From Saccharofermentans sp. (GTDB lineage Bacteria; Bacillota; Clostridia; Saccharofermentanales; Saccharofermentanaceae), in NCBI GenBank assembly GCA_045648465.1, contig JAZROA010000010.1, positions 7,317 through 71,316 of the forward strand: a DNA stretch of 64,000 nucleotides, in the 5' to 3' direction. Positions 8,151-18,301 of the stretch are shown here, piece by piece. Made by a program: the position numbers and the translations under genes. The notes under the pieces are model-generated. The model was given only the letters and a program-made list of their open reading frames with translations, searched no databases and had not been told where the DNA came from. How positions within the stretch are numbered: position 1 is the first letter of the stretch; every line of letters begins with the position of its first letter.

Positions 8151-9276
8151 GATCAATAAGCCCATGCCAACCGGCGAATATGCCGTGGGCACTTTTTCTT
8201 ATACGGTATATAACGACCGCGAAGAGAAAATGTATAACGCCATTGGAAGTAAGAGATCCATACCTGTAAAAGTTTACTATCCTGCTGCAAAGGAGTTTGT
8301 CGAAGGGCTTCCCAAGGCGCGTTACATGAGCAAGGCGACCGTCGATGCCATCAGAAAGAACTTTTATGTTCCGATTAACTACGAGAAGGTGGAAAGTGAC
8401 GGAACAAACCGTTCTGAATGCTATGAGAATGCCCCCTTTATTGAGGGTGAACGTTTTCCCCTTATCCTGTTCAATTACGGTTACAGCTCGTTTTTGGAAG
8501 CTAATACATATCTTTTGATCGAGCTTGCTTCCCACGGCTACGTTGTCGCATCCGTGGGTCATCCTTATGAAGGAATGGTAACCACGCTCGATGACGGAAC
8601 AGTATATAAACAGGCAAAGGGGCTCTCATCAAAAGTGTATTCGCCGTTTATCCCTGCCACTATTGCGCTGTTGAGATTTCAGAAAGCCAAAGGAACAAAC
8701 GAGGAACTGTGGGCAAGGCTTGATGCGATCCAAAAGAAGTACAACAGATTCTTAATCGAGAGACTTACGGAATGGAAACTGGATACGAAAGCAGCGTTAA
8801 GGGTTCTCAAAGATAAATATTCCGGCATGATCGACTTCGCCAACGGGATCGGCGTTACAGGACATTCCTTTGGAGGGGCGACAGCCTATGCCCTTTGCGA
8901 AGACGAACCGGAGACTTTTACCTGCGGGATAAATATAGATGGCGCTCTCTTCGGAAACCACGATGGCAAGGTGATAACGACGCCATTTCTTCAGATGAAC
9001 TGCGAAGCGAATAAAACAGCTGTTACGGTTGCATTTGTTAAGAACAGGAACGTTGCATACCATGCCGTATTACGTGACATGCAACATCTGGGGTTCTCGG
9101 ATCTGAAGCATGTCATCCCGCTTAAATCACAGATGGGAAAGCTGGATCCCGATACTGCCCATAAAACGGTGTGCGGAATTCACCTGGAGTTCTTTGATAC
9201 TTATCTGAAGAAGGCTAAAGGCAAACCGGTTTTCGAGAACAGCGATGCAGTTACATTTACGGAATATGAACCGTGA
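8137..9276 (+). CDS. Alpha/beta hydrolase (PAF-acetylhydrolase / dienelactone-hydrolase-like)
   Basis: GGAGG RBS before the ATG at 8137, which overlaps the TetR stop. Nucleophile elbow GVTGHSFGGATA. Confidence 0.65.
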   Translation: MRKNKINKPMPTGEYAVGTFSYTVYNDREEKMYNAIGSKRSIPVKVYYPAAKEFVEGLPKARYMSKATVDAIRKNFYVPINYEKVESDGTNRSECYENAPFIEGERFPLILFNYGYSSFLEANTYLLIELASHGYVVASVGHPYEGMVTTLDDGTVYKQAKGLSSKVYSPFIPATIALLRFQKAKGTNEELWARLDAIQKKYNRFLIERLTEWKLDTKAALRVLKDKYSGMIDFANGIGVTGHSFGGATAYALCEDEPETFTCGINIDGALFGNHDGKVITTPFLQMNCEANKTAVTVAFVKNRNVAYHAVLRDMQHLGFSDLKHVIPLKSQMGKLDPDTAHKTVCGIHLEFFDTYLKKAKGKPVFENSDAVTFTEYEP

Positions 9277-9305
9277 AGGACCGGTCTTTTCTCAGGATCT
9301 TCTGC

Positions 9306-10244
9306 TTAAAAGATATCAAGCCTTATCTGCCTGTCGATCCAGCTTTTCTGGTCTGCCTCGTGAATGACATCCTCAGGGTTAAGATCACCCAGAAGAAAAG
9401 GCGACTTGGGATCGTGCTTTAGCATGTTCTGTCTTACAAGGTCAGGGTCGGTATTTGCATAACAATATCTGCAAAGATGTCCGCATGTATCGTAAGCACC
9501 GATGTCAGTTCCCAGAAGGCATGCGCATTCACCGTTTCTCTGATTCTTTCCCTTTTTGGGAACAGTGAGATTGCAGTGGAGCGCGGTCTCGTAGGTCTTC
9601 ACGGTCATACAGCCGGAACAGTCTGCCCCGTATGCCGCAAGGCTGGTTCCTTCCGCACACGGCTTTATGGTCATGCCGTATCGGGAGGCAGTCTCAATGA
9701 ATGCTTTGCCTATCGCAAGCTTGTCCTGATCTGATACCGCCCTGGCTTCCGGGAAATTCTTTCCAACCTTTTTGTAGATGTCTATAAAGCTTATGACGCA
9801 TGTCCCGGTATATCCGCAAAGAGTCTTTGCCATCTCTTCGAACTTCTGTATATGCCAATCAACCGTATGGACACTGTCCACCAGGACCGGATCGTAGCGC
9901 CACCCTATGCTGTCAGCACCTACTCTGTCAGACAGTATCTTAAAACTCTCCATCACCTTCTGTTTGTCCGGAACATTGGGTTCAATGTCTTTTCCGTAGG
10001 GCGTTATGGTGACGAACCAATATTGCCCGTATGAATCCAGATATTCCATTTTACCGAGCATCGGAGCGGGATTCTTCGTGCAGAAGGATATGAGGTCAAC
10101 GACATCAGGCGACAGACTGTATCTTGTCACCTGCACGGGATTATAAGGATTCCTTACAAGTACATATCCTTCTTTGATCCTGTTTATAAACCATTCTGAA
10201 TAAAAGGCCGGGATATCGGTCCTCATCCCCGTCTGGATTATCAC
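9306..10244 (-). CDS. DUF1848 family protein with Cys-rich C-terminal half
   Basis: The N-terminus MIIQTGMRTDIPAFYSEWFINRIKEGYV matches the DUF1848 family as I recall it. Cys clusters are CSGC, GECAC and CGHLCRYC (CX3CX2C). Confidence 0.6.
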   Translation of the reverse strand: MIIQTGMRTDIPAFYSEWFINRIKEGYVLVRNPYNPVQVTRYSLSPDVVDLISFCTKNPAPMLGKMEYLDSYGQYWFVTITPYGKDIEPNVPDKQKVMESFKILSDRVGADSIGWRYDPVLVDSVHTVDWHIQKFEEMAKTLCGYTGTCVISFIDIYKKVGKNFPEARAVSDQDKLAIGKAFIETASRYGMTIKPCAEGTSLAAYGADCSGCMTVKTYETALHCNLTVPKKGKNQRNGECACLLGTDIGAYDTCGHLCRYCYANTDPDLVRQNMLKHDPKSPFLLGDLNPEDVIHEADQKSWIDRQIRLDIF

Positions 10245-10471
10245 TTCATTTCTCCTTTAAGGTCTTCCAATACTTCCCCGATATCGCCCTCGATCAGAAT
10301 TTTCTTCTATGGTCTTAACAAGGTAAACGTTGTCGCATGGTTTTCCTATCCAGTCACCATAGAAAGTAATGTAACATTGCTTGTTTAATTCATACATAGC
10401 CGAGTAGTTATTTGTTGTCTTTTCCTGTTTATATTACTTGCTACCGCATTATCCCGATAATCTTGAATTTG

Positions 10472-10999
10472 TTATACCATCCTTGACAGCAGAAAATCCG
10501 GTGCTTTACCTATAATAACGTCATCGGTAACATCAATTACTTCACAATCGTTTTTCTTGTATTCGTTCACGAAACTCTGCTCACTATCGAATATGATTTC
10601 CTTTCCGTACCATGCTTTATCAGATTGAGGAGTCAGTTCCAAATATACTGTTTTGTTTTCCAGATAGAAGGTTAAAACGGTATGGAACTTACTATTATTA
10701 ATGTCATGCAGCAGCCAGATCTTGCTTGGAACACTATATTTGTCCAGAATAAATTTCATCAGAACAACAGCATCATTACATGTGCCAACCTTTGCCTTCA
10801 TCGTGTCTTCCGGACTTTGAATGCGGTATTCAGTCAGCAAACGTTCAAAGAATTCTTTATCAAAACCTTTCGTCATATCAGGCCGGTATATGATCCCGTT
10901 CAAATAGAAACCATATTCGTAACCGTTGTCCAAAAGCACCTTTTTCAAAAGCTCACATGCTTCCGGTATCAACATCTCAATTTCCCCCACAAATCCCAA
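10472..10999 (-). CDS. Hypothetical protein, possible transglutaminase-like Cys protease fold
   Basis: GTCNDAVVL followed by FHTVL and YLE spacing suggests a Cys-His-acid triad. The evidence is weak. Confidence 0.4.
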   Translation of the reverse strand: MGFVGEIEMLIPEACELLKKVLLDNGYEYGFYLNGIIYRPDMTKGFDKEFFERLLTEYRIQSPEDTMKAKVGTCNDAVVLMKFILDKYSVPSKIWLLHDINNSKFHTVLTFYLENKTVYLELTPQSDKAWYGKEIIFDSEQSFVNEYKKNDCEVIDVTDDVIIGKAPDFLLSRMV

Positions 11000-11196
11000 G
11001 TTGTCTTAGGCATTTATCCTGTTTATTGTCTGTACCAAGGGATCACTCCCTCAGACAAGAAAATTATACCATCCGGAGTTATGACTCCTGTTTAATATAT
11101 TACTGTCCGGTAAATAAACGCAAAAGTGTTCTATAGAGAGCATTTTTCCTTTTTTCAATTTTCTTTGCTTCTATCTTTTGTTCTTCTCTACTAATC

Positions 11197-11985
11197 CTAC
11201 GATCGTCTGTTTTTTGTTCTTTTTAGCTTATAGTTATGATCTTTTGATCTGGTGACTTTGGCGGGGTATACCTTTCTGTTTCCGTGGCGGATATACCAAA
11301 GCATGAAGATGGGTTTCACAATATAATAGAACAATATTGGTATCCAGAAAAAAAGAATAAACAGAGCCGGAATTATTATTAATCCCCCTCTTCTGTTTGT
11401 GTGACCATGATCAATGACAGATATAAACCCAAATACGAAGAGTGCCATGATACCCAATACTAAGAACAAAATACCGATCTGCTTACGTAAGACCTTATTG
11501 TACGGTCCGGTTTTGGGAAGTGCTTTCATCGCGTTCTTCCGTGCGAGCATGATGCAGTTAGGCAATGCGAGAAAACCGGGTATCTGAGTCATCGCAAGCT
11601 TGAATAACACATCCTCCCACTCATCAGAAGAAGTGTAGACTGCTATTCCGATAAGTGTAAACAGCAGCGGCATCATCATGATTAACAGGTATTTGTCGAT
11701 GTAAAACTTAACACTATCCCGATCTTTATCATGCACACATGATTTCAGCGCAATGATAAACGGGACAGTAAGAATGGCGAACGCCGCGAAAAACACGTAA
11801 GGCTCCCACCTTTCCAAAGTAACATATTCTCCGCTTGAACCATACCACGCAAGTACGAATCTTGCCGTTTCAATACTAAAGCCAATCAGAGTTACCGGTA
11901 ACACAAGGACAAGGTATAACAAAACACCGGTTGATAACTCTATGTCACCTCTACGGTTCATAGTTTGTATCCGGGATTTACTCAT
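11197..11985 (-). CDS. Polytopic membrane protein (hypothetical)
   Basis: 262 aa with ~7 hydrophobic segments and a basic C-terminal tail. Confidence 0.55.
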   Translation of the reverse strand: MSKSRIQTMNRRGDIELSTGVLLYLVLVLPVTLIGFSIETARFVLAWYGSSGEYVTLERWEPYVFFAAFAILTVPFIIALKSCVHDKDRDSVKFYIDKYLLIMMMPLLFTLIGIAVYTSSDEWEDVLFKLAMTQIPGFLALPNCIMLARKNAMKALPKTGPYNKVLRKQIGILFLVLGIMALFVFGFISVIDHGHTNRRGGLIIIPALFILFFWIPILFYYIVKPIFMLWYIRHGNRKVYPAKVTRSKDHNYKLKRTKNRRS

Positions 11986-12159
11986 GTCTCATTGCCCACT
12001 TCTTTTGTTTCATTCTTGGTTAAAAAACAGGATACATCAACAATTAACACCGATAATGGTATCACAAATATCCCTTTTAAATGTTTAATTAACAGTAAAA
12101 TTGGCTAATTCCGAAGTTAAGTATTATGAAATTCCGAAGTTATCCTGTTCGTTATCTTA

Positions 12160-12771
12160 TTAGATCTTTCTGCAGATAATGGTATCCATGCAGTGATAAT
12201 GCGGTATCCCGCCACTGTCATCTTCGAAGATCACTTCATCAATGCGCTCAACTTTCCAGTCTGCAAAATATGTGAAGAGCTCGCCTGACTTCCACATCTT
12301 CTCTTCCATATCCCAATCCGGAGGTAATTCCAGGAACGGCTTCTCAACAAATACGTTGATATAAACGATCCCGTTCTTCTTTGTGATCTTATCAAGCTTT
12401 TCAAAGAATCCTTTTTTGTTTTCCTCGAAAAGATACTGAACTGTTCCCGTTGAATAGATTATGTCAAACTGTTCATCTGTGCTGAAAGTATTGATGTCAT
12501 CAACATATGCACTGATATTAACGTTTCTCTTCTCAGCCAAAGAGACTGTCTTCCTTATACCGTTCTCAGTCAGATCAAATGCAGTAACGTCGTAGCCCTT
12601 CTGAGCCATGTACACTGCATCTTTACCTTCACCGCATCCTATGTCGAGAACTTTTTTATCAGCAGAAGGCGGACACATTTCTATTAATTCTTCAAGGAAA
12701 TCCCCCGGTTCCAGCCCCCAGTAATAAGTATCCCCTTCATACCATTTCTCGTAATTTGTTCTTATGCTCAT
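12160..12771 (-). CDS. Class I SAM-dependent methyltransferase (TehB-like)
   Basis: Motif I VLDIGCGEGKDAVYMAQKGYDVTAFDL. Confidence 0.75.
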   Translation of the reverse strand: MSIRTNYEKWYEGDTYYWGLEPGDFLEELIEMCPPSADKKVLDIGCGEGKDAVYMAQKGYDVTAFDLTENGIRKTVSLAEKRNVNISAYVDDINTFSTDEQFDIIYSTGTVQYLFEENKKGFFEKLDKITKKNGIVYINVFVEKPFLELPPDWDMEEKMWKSGELFTYFADWKVERIDEVIFEDDSGGIPHYHCMDTIICRKI

Positions 12772-12885
12772 TTTTATACCTTGCAGACTTGAAAACTGTT
12801 TATTATCTGTTCAATTATACAATACGAGCCAGGATTGCCCTAGCTCGCATAATTCAGGATTAAGATGGCCAGATTTCTCGCCACT

Positions 12886-13422
12886 TCAATGCAGCTCATA
12901 GCCCTGTTCACGGACCAAAGCTAAGCATTGAGGAGTAATATAGTTTTTCTTCTTTATTATGTCGTAAAGCGGATTGGCAGGCTTGTACTCTACTTCAGTA
13001 TACGGAGCCAGCTTTTTCACATATCTTGCCAGTGATTCATATACCTTCGTAACACAGTCAGGTCTTTTGATCAGATTGCCGTCAGCATCAAAATAATCTG
13101 TTATACAGTATATGCGGGCTCTCGTTATATGCTTATCCTTACTGTCTATGTAGGAAAAACCGGCTTCGATAATCGTTGCTCCACTCGCATTATATCCTCG
13201 AACTACGTGTTCTTTGCCCCAACGCTGCTCGGTCTTTATTTCACCAGCTTCAGGAACATAAAAACAATACGAAAGTTCTTCTTTCGAAAGGATATCAAGA
13301 GAACACCCCCTCTTTAAAACCTCAACACTAAAAGGCAATATCTCACAGCCCAATTCAACAGCCTTTTTTGCCAGAAGAACAAAGCTGTCGTATTCCATGT
13401 AATAATTTATCTGCTTTCCCAT
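12886..13422 (-). CDS. Hypothetical protein (178 aa)
   Basis: Clean ORF with no recognisable motif. Confidence 0.5.
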   Translation of the reverse strand: MGKQINYYMEYDSFVLLAKKAVELGCEILPFSVEVLKRGCSLDILSKEELSYCFYVPEAGEIKTEQRWGKEHVVRGYNASGATIIEAGFSYIDSKDKHITRARIYCITDYFDADGNLIKRPDCVTKVYESLARYVKKLAPYTEVEYKPANPLYDIIKKKNYITPQCLALVREQGYELH

Positions 13423-13460
13423 AAGCTATGATCCCCTGTACTTGATAAACTGATGATTCC

Positions 13461-14084
13461 TCATACCAGTCTGTATTTGTCCGGATATATTTCCTTGGCT
13501 TTTTTAGAGATATCTTTAACGAAAGAAAGTTTTGCATTCGAGTAGCCGTTTGGCTGACCATTTGGCATTCTTTCCAGTTTGCCTTCACTGATGTCTTTTA
13601 ATATCTTCTCTTTCAGCTGACTGTATTCTGCTGCTGCATCCGGATTATCAAGCAGATAATCTCTGAAATACAATTCGTCCCAATTACCGGCATATCTCAC
13701 ATGAAGCAGAAAGACCTTTTCATCAAATCCGTTAACTGTCATTCCCTTAGCCAACAGATACTCAAAAGGATTATCTTTCCTAATACAGACTTCCGTTCCA
13801 AAACCAATGCTTTTCAAAGCATCGACAACATTATCAACATTACATGTTCCATCTAACTCAAGCAGAATATCCACAACAGGTTTTGCTTTTATGTTAGGAA
13901 TTGCACTGCTTCCAATGTGATTTATCCTGACTATATCTTTGGAATCTATAATGCCAAGAATAGAAGTCTTCTCTTCCTCATACCAATCCGCATACACCGG
14001 CTGAACATCCTTAAGAATAATAGGAAATGTCTTTTGGAACTCCTGCGGAGATAATTCGGATACGTGCTGCTTTTTATTGCTCAT
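13461..14084 (-). CDS. GrpB (UPF0157) family protein
   Basis: INHIGSSAIPNIKAKPVVDILLEL is the GrpB nucleotidyltransferase-fold signature. Confidence 0.7.
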   Translation of the reverse strand: MSNKKQHVSELSPQEFQKTFPIILKDVQPVYADWYEEEKTSILGIIDSKDIVRINHIGSSAIPNIKAKPVVDILLELDGTCNVDNVVDALKSIGFGTEVCIRKDNPFEYLLAKGMTVNGFDEKVFLLHVRYAGNWDELYFRDYLLDNPDAAAEYSQLKEKILKDISEGKLERMPNGQPNGYSNAKLSFVKDISKKAKEIYPDKYRLV

Positions 14085-14227
14085 ACATTCGTCTTTCTGT
14101 AAATTCCTGATTATTCCTACTAAAGGTTACCCCCTCGTAAATCATTATATCATCAGGGTAAACTGACTTGAGAGAATTCCCGATGATATAATAAAAGAGT
14201 TTTACAAGTGGAACCGGGGAGGGATAT

Positions 14228-15127
14228 ATGGGCGAGATCAGATCACATAAGTGCCCGTCTTGCGGCGGCAACCTGAGTATCAACATTGAAAAGCAGATGT
14301 ATTACTGTCCCTTCTGCGGCAGTACTTACGACTACGAATATTTCAGAGAAGAACAGATGCATGAGCTGGGCGAGACTTATCTTTCCAGAGGTGAGTTTTC
14401 CGCTGCGATCGATGCATATAAATATCTCCTGCAAAAAGATCCTCACAACTTTCTTGCTCTGCGCGGAACAGTGCTTGCTTCTGCCAGGATGAACAGTATG
14501 AATGACATTCTGAAGACTGATTTCAGGGGTTTTACTTACAACTCAAAGCTGGCTGAAAGTGCTGTGGAAAGCAGCTCGGCAGAGGATAAGAATTACTTCG
14601 TGGAATTTGCAAGGATCCTCCGCGAGATGCATGAACTGTCAAAGCTTCATAAGGAGCGTAAATCACTTGCCGATGAGAAGAAAAGGAAGAACACCAGATT
14701 TGACATGACGGTTGCAGATCTCGGAGAGAATCATTTCGCAGATGCCAAAGGTAATTATCATGATCCGTTTGTTACATTTATATTCTTGTGTGTTGTAACA
14801 GGCATTTTCGCTCTTTCCACCATATTCACAATTCTGTATATCATTCTGAACGCAATCTATGTTGGAGATGTTTCACCGCTGATCATACTCGCGATAATAT
14901 TTGCTTTGATTACAGGCGGCCTTGCATGGGTAACATTCAGGATCATCTATCCGATCGTCCAGTCTGACCAAGCTCTCAAAGAAAAACTGAATAAGACCAG
15001 TGTCGAGGTAGGCGAGATCACCCGAAAACTTGAAGAAATAGAAAAGGATATCCATACGCGGGAATCACAAGTAAAACGCGATTGTCTTCTTTTCTTCAAG
15101 GAAGATAAAAAGCGCGTGCAGTTTTAA
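14228..15127 (+). CDS. Zinc-ribbon / TPR-like membrane protein (hypothetical)
   Basis: CPSCGG...CPFCGS zinc ribbon, a TPR-like segment (GEFSAAIDAYKYLLQKDPHN), two TM helices and a C-terminal coiled coil. Confidence 0.6.
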   Translation: MGEIRSHKCPSCGGNLSINIEKQMYYCPFCGSTYDYEYFREEQMHELGETYLSRGEFSAAIDAYKYLLQKDPHNFLALRGTVLASARMNSMNDILKTDFRGFTYNSKLAESAVESSSAEDKNYFVEFARILREMHELSKLHKERKSLADEKKRKNTRFDMTVADLGENHFADAKGNYHDPFVTFIFLCVVTGIFALSTIFTILYIILNAIYVGDVSPLIILAIIFALITGGLAWVTFRIIYPIVQSDQALKEKLNKTSVEVGEITRKLEEIEKDIHTRESQVKRDCLLFFKEDKKRVQF

Positions 15128-15132
15128 TCTTA

Positions 15133-15807
15133 TCAGCCTACTGTTCTGCCACTGTCGAGAACGACAGTCCTCGTGCCATAAGTTGCGCACTCTTCGGAGT
15201 GGGTAACCTGAAGTATTGTGAGACCTTTCTCCTGATTGAGCCTTCTGAACAGATCCATGATCTCTCCCGTGGACTTCTTGTCAAGGTTTCCTGTAGGCTC
15301 ATCTGCGAGGATGATCTTCGGGTTTCCGATGACTGCTCTGGCTACTGCTACTCTCTGCTGCTGGCCGCCGGAGAGCTGGTTGGGCATTGACTTGCGCTTT
15401 TCCGTAAGGCCTGTAATCTCCAAGATCTCATCAAGTTCTTTTTTTAGAGAAGACTTTGTCTTACCGTTCATCATCTGAGGAAGAAGGATGTTGTCTTCAA
15501 CAGACAGGTTCATGACGAGGTTATAGAACTGGAATACGAATCCCACGTTCTGAAGACGGAGATCAGAGAGTTCTTTGTCCTTGAGAGGTCCGATCTCCTT
15601 TCCGCAAAGTGAGATGCTGCCTTCGAAATCCCTGTCGAGACCTCCGATGAGATAAAGGAGTGTCGACTTGCCGGAACCTGAAGCACCCATGAGGGATACG
15701 AACTCGCCTTTCTGAACATTCAGACATGCGCCGTTTAATACCTGGTTGAGACTTGTGTTCTTGCCGAATGACTTGCTGACGTTATTTACTTCGATTACTG
15801 TATTCAT
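15133..15807 (-). CDS. ABC transporter ATP-binding protein (MacB/LolD type)
   Basis: Walker [10 protein letters not shown], signature LSGGQQQRV, Walker B ILADEPT. Confidence 0.9.
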   Translation of the reverse strand: MNTVIEVNNVSKSFGKNTSLNQVLNGACLNVQKGEFVSLMGASGSGKSTLLYLIGGLDRDFEGSISLCGKEIGPLKDKELSDLRLQNVGFVFQFYNLVMNLSVEDNILLPQMMNGKTKSSLKKELDEILEITGLTEKRKSMPNQLSGGQQQRVAVARAVIGNPKIILADEPTGNLDKKSTGEIMDLFRRLNQEKGLTILQVTHSEECATYGTRTVVLDSGRTVG

Positions 15808-15826
15808 CTTTATATCCTCCGTATTA

Positions 15827-18289
15827 TTACTCGTACTTGATCTGTTCTGCTATCTTCATCTTGCGCAGGTTCTTTATTGGGAAAAGGACCGTGGCGACGA
15901 AAGCCACAACAAGGAAGACGAAGAACGCAATTGTCATTATGGGATCTATTTCGATTGCCATTTTCATTTCTTCAGAAGCTGAAGTGGCATTATCGAGAAT
16001 AAATACCATCAGTACTCCGACAGCGGTTCCTAAGGCCGATGCGGTAAGTGAAGATATGAGCATCTCTCTGAAAAGGATTCCGGAGAGCGTACCCTTGTCC
16101 ATTGCCGTGGAGAGCATGACCGCGCATTCCTTTTTCCTTCCCTCAAATCCGATAAGCTGGTTGCTTGCCATACCGATCAAGGTTATTCCGACGGAGATAA
16201 CAATGATGCCTGTAGTTAATGCCCTCATTTTCGCATTATTGGTAGCCTCATCTTTAAGTATCTCATCCTGGGTCTTTACGTCTGAATAATAGTTTACGGC
16301 GTATGTTCTGATGAGGTTTGCAACACGTGCGGGATTCTCGCACATGATCAGGATATATCCGGGAGTATCCCTGAAAATTTCTTTATAATCGCGATCAGAC
16401 AAGAAAATACACTCCTGGGCAATAAGTGAGTCTGAGCTGCAGAGAGATACGATCTTGTACTCTCTTTCGACCGGAACGATGCTCGTAGGATCGTATGTAA
16501 TTTTAACTGTATCTCCGACATTGAGTCCTTTCTTCTCTGCATATTTGTCACTTACGATTATGGTTCCGTTTTCCATTGTTGCAGGAAGATCCGGGAAAGC
16601 CGTGTAGTACTTAAATCCGTTTTCGGGAAGAGCATAGAATGTCATGCTCTCGCGTTCAGACACATCCGCATCATTGATGGTGACAGAGTTTGATGATGTA
16701 TAAACTGCTTCCGTATCGGTAACACCTTCGAGTTTATCAACGAACGAATAAACCGTCATTTTGTCTGTACATGTAAGAATGACGTCACTTGTGAATTCGT
16801 TAGTGCTGACAGACATTGTAGCTGACTGCACGAATGTGAAAACGATTACGCACATTGCTGCGGCCGTTACGCAAAGAACGCCGCTTCCGACCGTGCTCTT
16901 ACGGGAGATTGCCTCAACGCATGCAAGTGACAGCTTTGCATTTTCCTTCTTGTCGGCAATGTTCTTCAAAAGACCTGTAACGCCCTTGAAGATCCATGGA
17001 TAAAGGAGAGCGAGAGATGTAACTGAACATACCAGGCAGATGATCGCAACAATAAGATTCTTGCTGAAGAATGCTGATACAACTGCTCCTGCAACAAGAA
17101 CCAGACCGATGATAAGGCCGGACTTGCTGAACTTGTAGGCTGTATCTCTGTTATCAAAAATGATGTCTCTTATGGATGTATTCAATGCCTTCATTATCGC
17201 CTTTGCAGGAATTGCGCACTCGATGATGATCGAGCCGATGATGACAGCAGCGATAACCAGAGCCGACATGGGAGGAATTTCTGATTTAAAGTTGGAACCT
17301 TCTCTTTGTACTCCGAAGAACATATCCAATACCGGCACTCTGATCAGTCCGTAGAGTATTATTCCCGGAATGCTTCCGATGAGAGCATAAAGTGTGTTCT
17401 CGAGAAGCAGGATCCGTCCTGTTTTCGCATTGCTCATACCAAGGCTTCGAAGAGTCCCGATGAACGGCATTCTCTCGCTTACGATCCTGTTGCAGATCGA
17501 AGCAGAAACAAAGATTACGAGAAGGAATGTGATTGCGAAAATGAGATAGAAATAAAGGAGTAACTGGTGGAGTGTTGCTTCAACTGATTCATCAACGACA
17601 AAATTGATAATTACAGCTGACGGATAGTATTCCTCGAGCGCTCTGATACCGTCAAGAGCTTCATCCTGGTTAAGAATGTCGAAGATGACAACGCCGGTCT
17701 TATCTCTTCCGCAGGAAAGGATCTTTGAGGTCTCCTCGTTAACGATAGCAGTATACTTGCTTATGAAGTAGTTGCTGTTGCCATATGAGATACCTACAAC
17801 GGTCAGTTCAACCTCTTCATCCTGTCTGTCGTGAACGATCAGCTTGTCACCGACTTTATAACCGTATGCTTCGGCGAAGCTTCCCGTAATAACGGTCTCA
17901 CATAAACCGAGCTCGACCGGATCGATGAATTCCATTTTAACAGCGCTGTCAACGTTAACGCCAAAGATCGTAAGCTTCTCGAATGTTACATAGTTATACT
18001 CGCTTTCAATCGGTTTGTAGAGTTTCTCGGTATTGGCAACGATCTCCAGTTTCTCGCATTCGGGAAACCCTTCCGGAAGGCCTTTTGCCGTGTAATCACT
18101 CGCCATCAAAAGACAGTCAGCCTTTGATAAGCCCAAAGAAGATCCGCTGAGAAGTTTTTCCGCACTTGATACGAAGTCAAAGCATACCATTGCACATATC
18201 GAGCAAAGGAAAATGGAGAACGCTACCAGCAATGTTCTGAGCGGTTTTCCGAAAATATTCTTAATTGAAGTCTTCAATATGATATTCAT
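15827..18289 (-). CDS. FtsX-family ABC transporter permease (820 aa, duplicated FtsX module)
   Basis: Two blocks of 4 TM helices, each preceded by a large extracytoplasmic domain. Sits 19 nt upstream of the ABC ATPase gene. Confidence 0.8.
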   Translation of the reverse strand: MNIILKTSIKNIFGKPLRTLLVAFSIFLCSICAMVCFDFVSSAEKLLSGSSLGLSKADCLLMASDYTAKGLPEGFPECEKLEIVANTEKLYKPIESEYNYVTFEKLTIFGVNVDSAVKMEFIDPVELGLCETVITGSFAEAYGYKVGDKLIVHDRQDEEVELTVVGISYGNSNYFISKYTAIVNEETSKILSCGRDKTGVVIFDILNQDEALDGIRALEEYYPSAVIINFVVDESVEATLHQLLLYFYLIFAITFLLVIFVSASICNRIVSERMPFIGTLRSLGMSNAKTGRILLLENTLYALIGSIPGIILYGLIRVPVLDMFFGVQREGSNFKSEIPPMSALVIAAVIIGSIIIECAIPAKAIMKALNTSIRDIIFDNRDTAYKFSKSGLIIGLVLVAGAVVSAFFSKNLIVAIICLVCSVTSLALLYPWIFKGVTGLLKNIADKKENAKLSLACVEAISRKSTVGSGVLCVTAAAMCVIVFTFVQSATMSVSTNEFTSDVILTCTDKMTVYSFVDKLEGVTDTEAVYTSSNSVTINDADVSERESMTFYALPENGFKYYTAFPDLPATMENGTIIVSDKYAEKKGLNVGDTVKITYDPTSIVPVEREYKIVSLCSSDSLIAQECIFLSDRDYKEIFRDTPGYILIMCENPARVANLIRTYAVNYYSDVKTQDEILKDEATNNAKMRALTTGIIVISVGITLIGMASNQLIGFEGRKKECAVMLSTAMDKGTLSGILFREMLISSLTASALGTAVGVLMVFILDNATSASEEMKMAIEIDPIMTIAFFVFLVVAFVATVLFPIKNLRKMKIAEQIKYE

Positions 18290-18301
18290 GATATACCTCC
18301 A

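Noticed and set aside
10245-10471. 46 aa minus-strand ORF (MYELNKQCYITFYGDWIGKPCDN...)
   Set aside because: It has no recognisable family and no clear RBS. It may be a remnant, and there is not enough evidence to call it.
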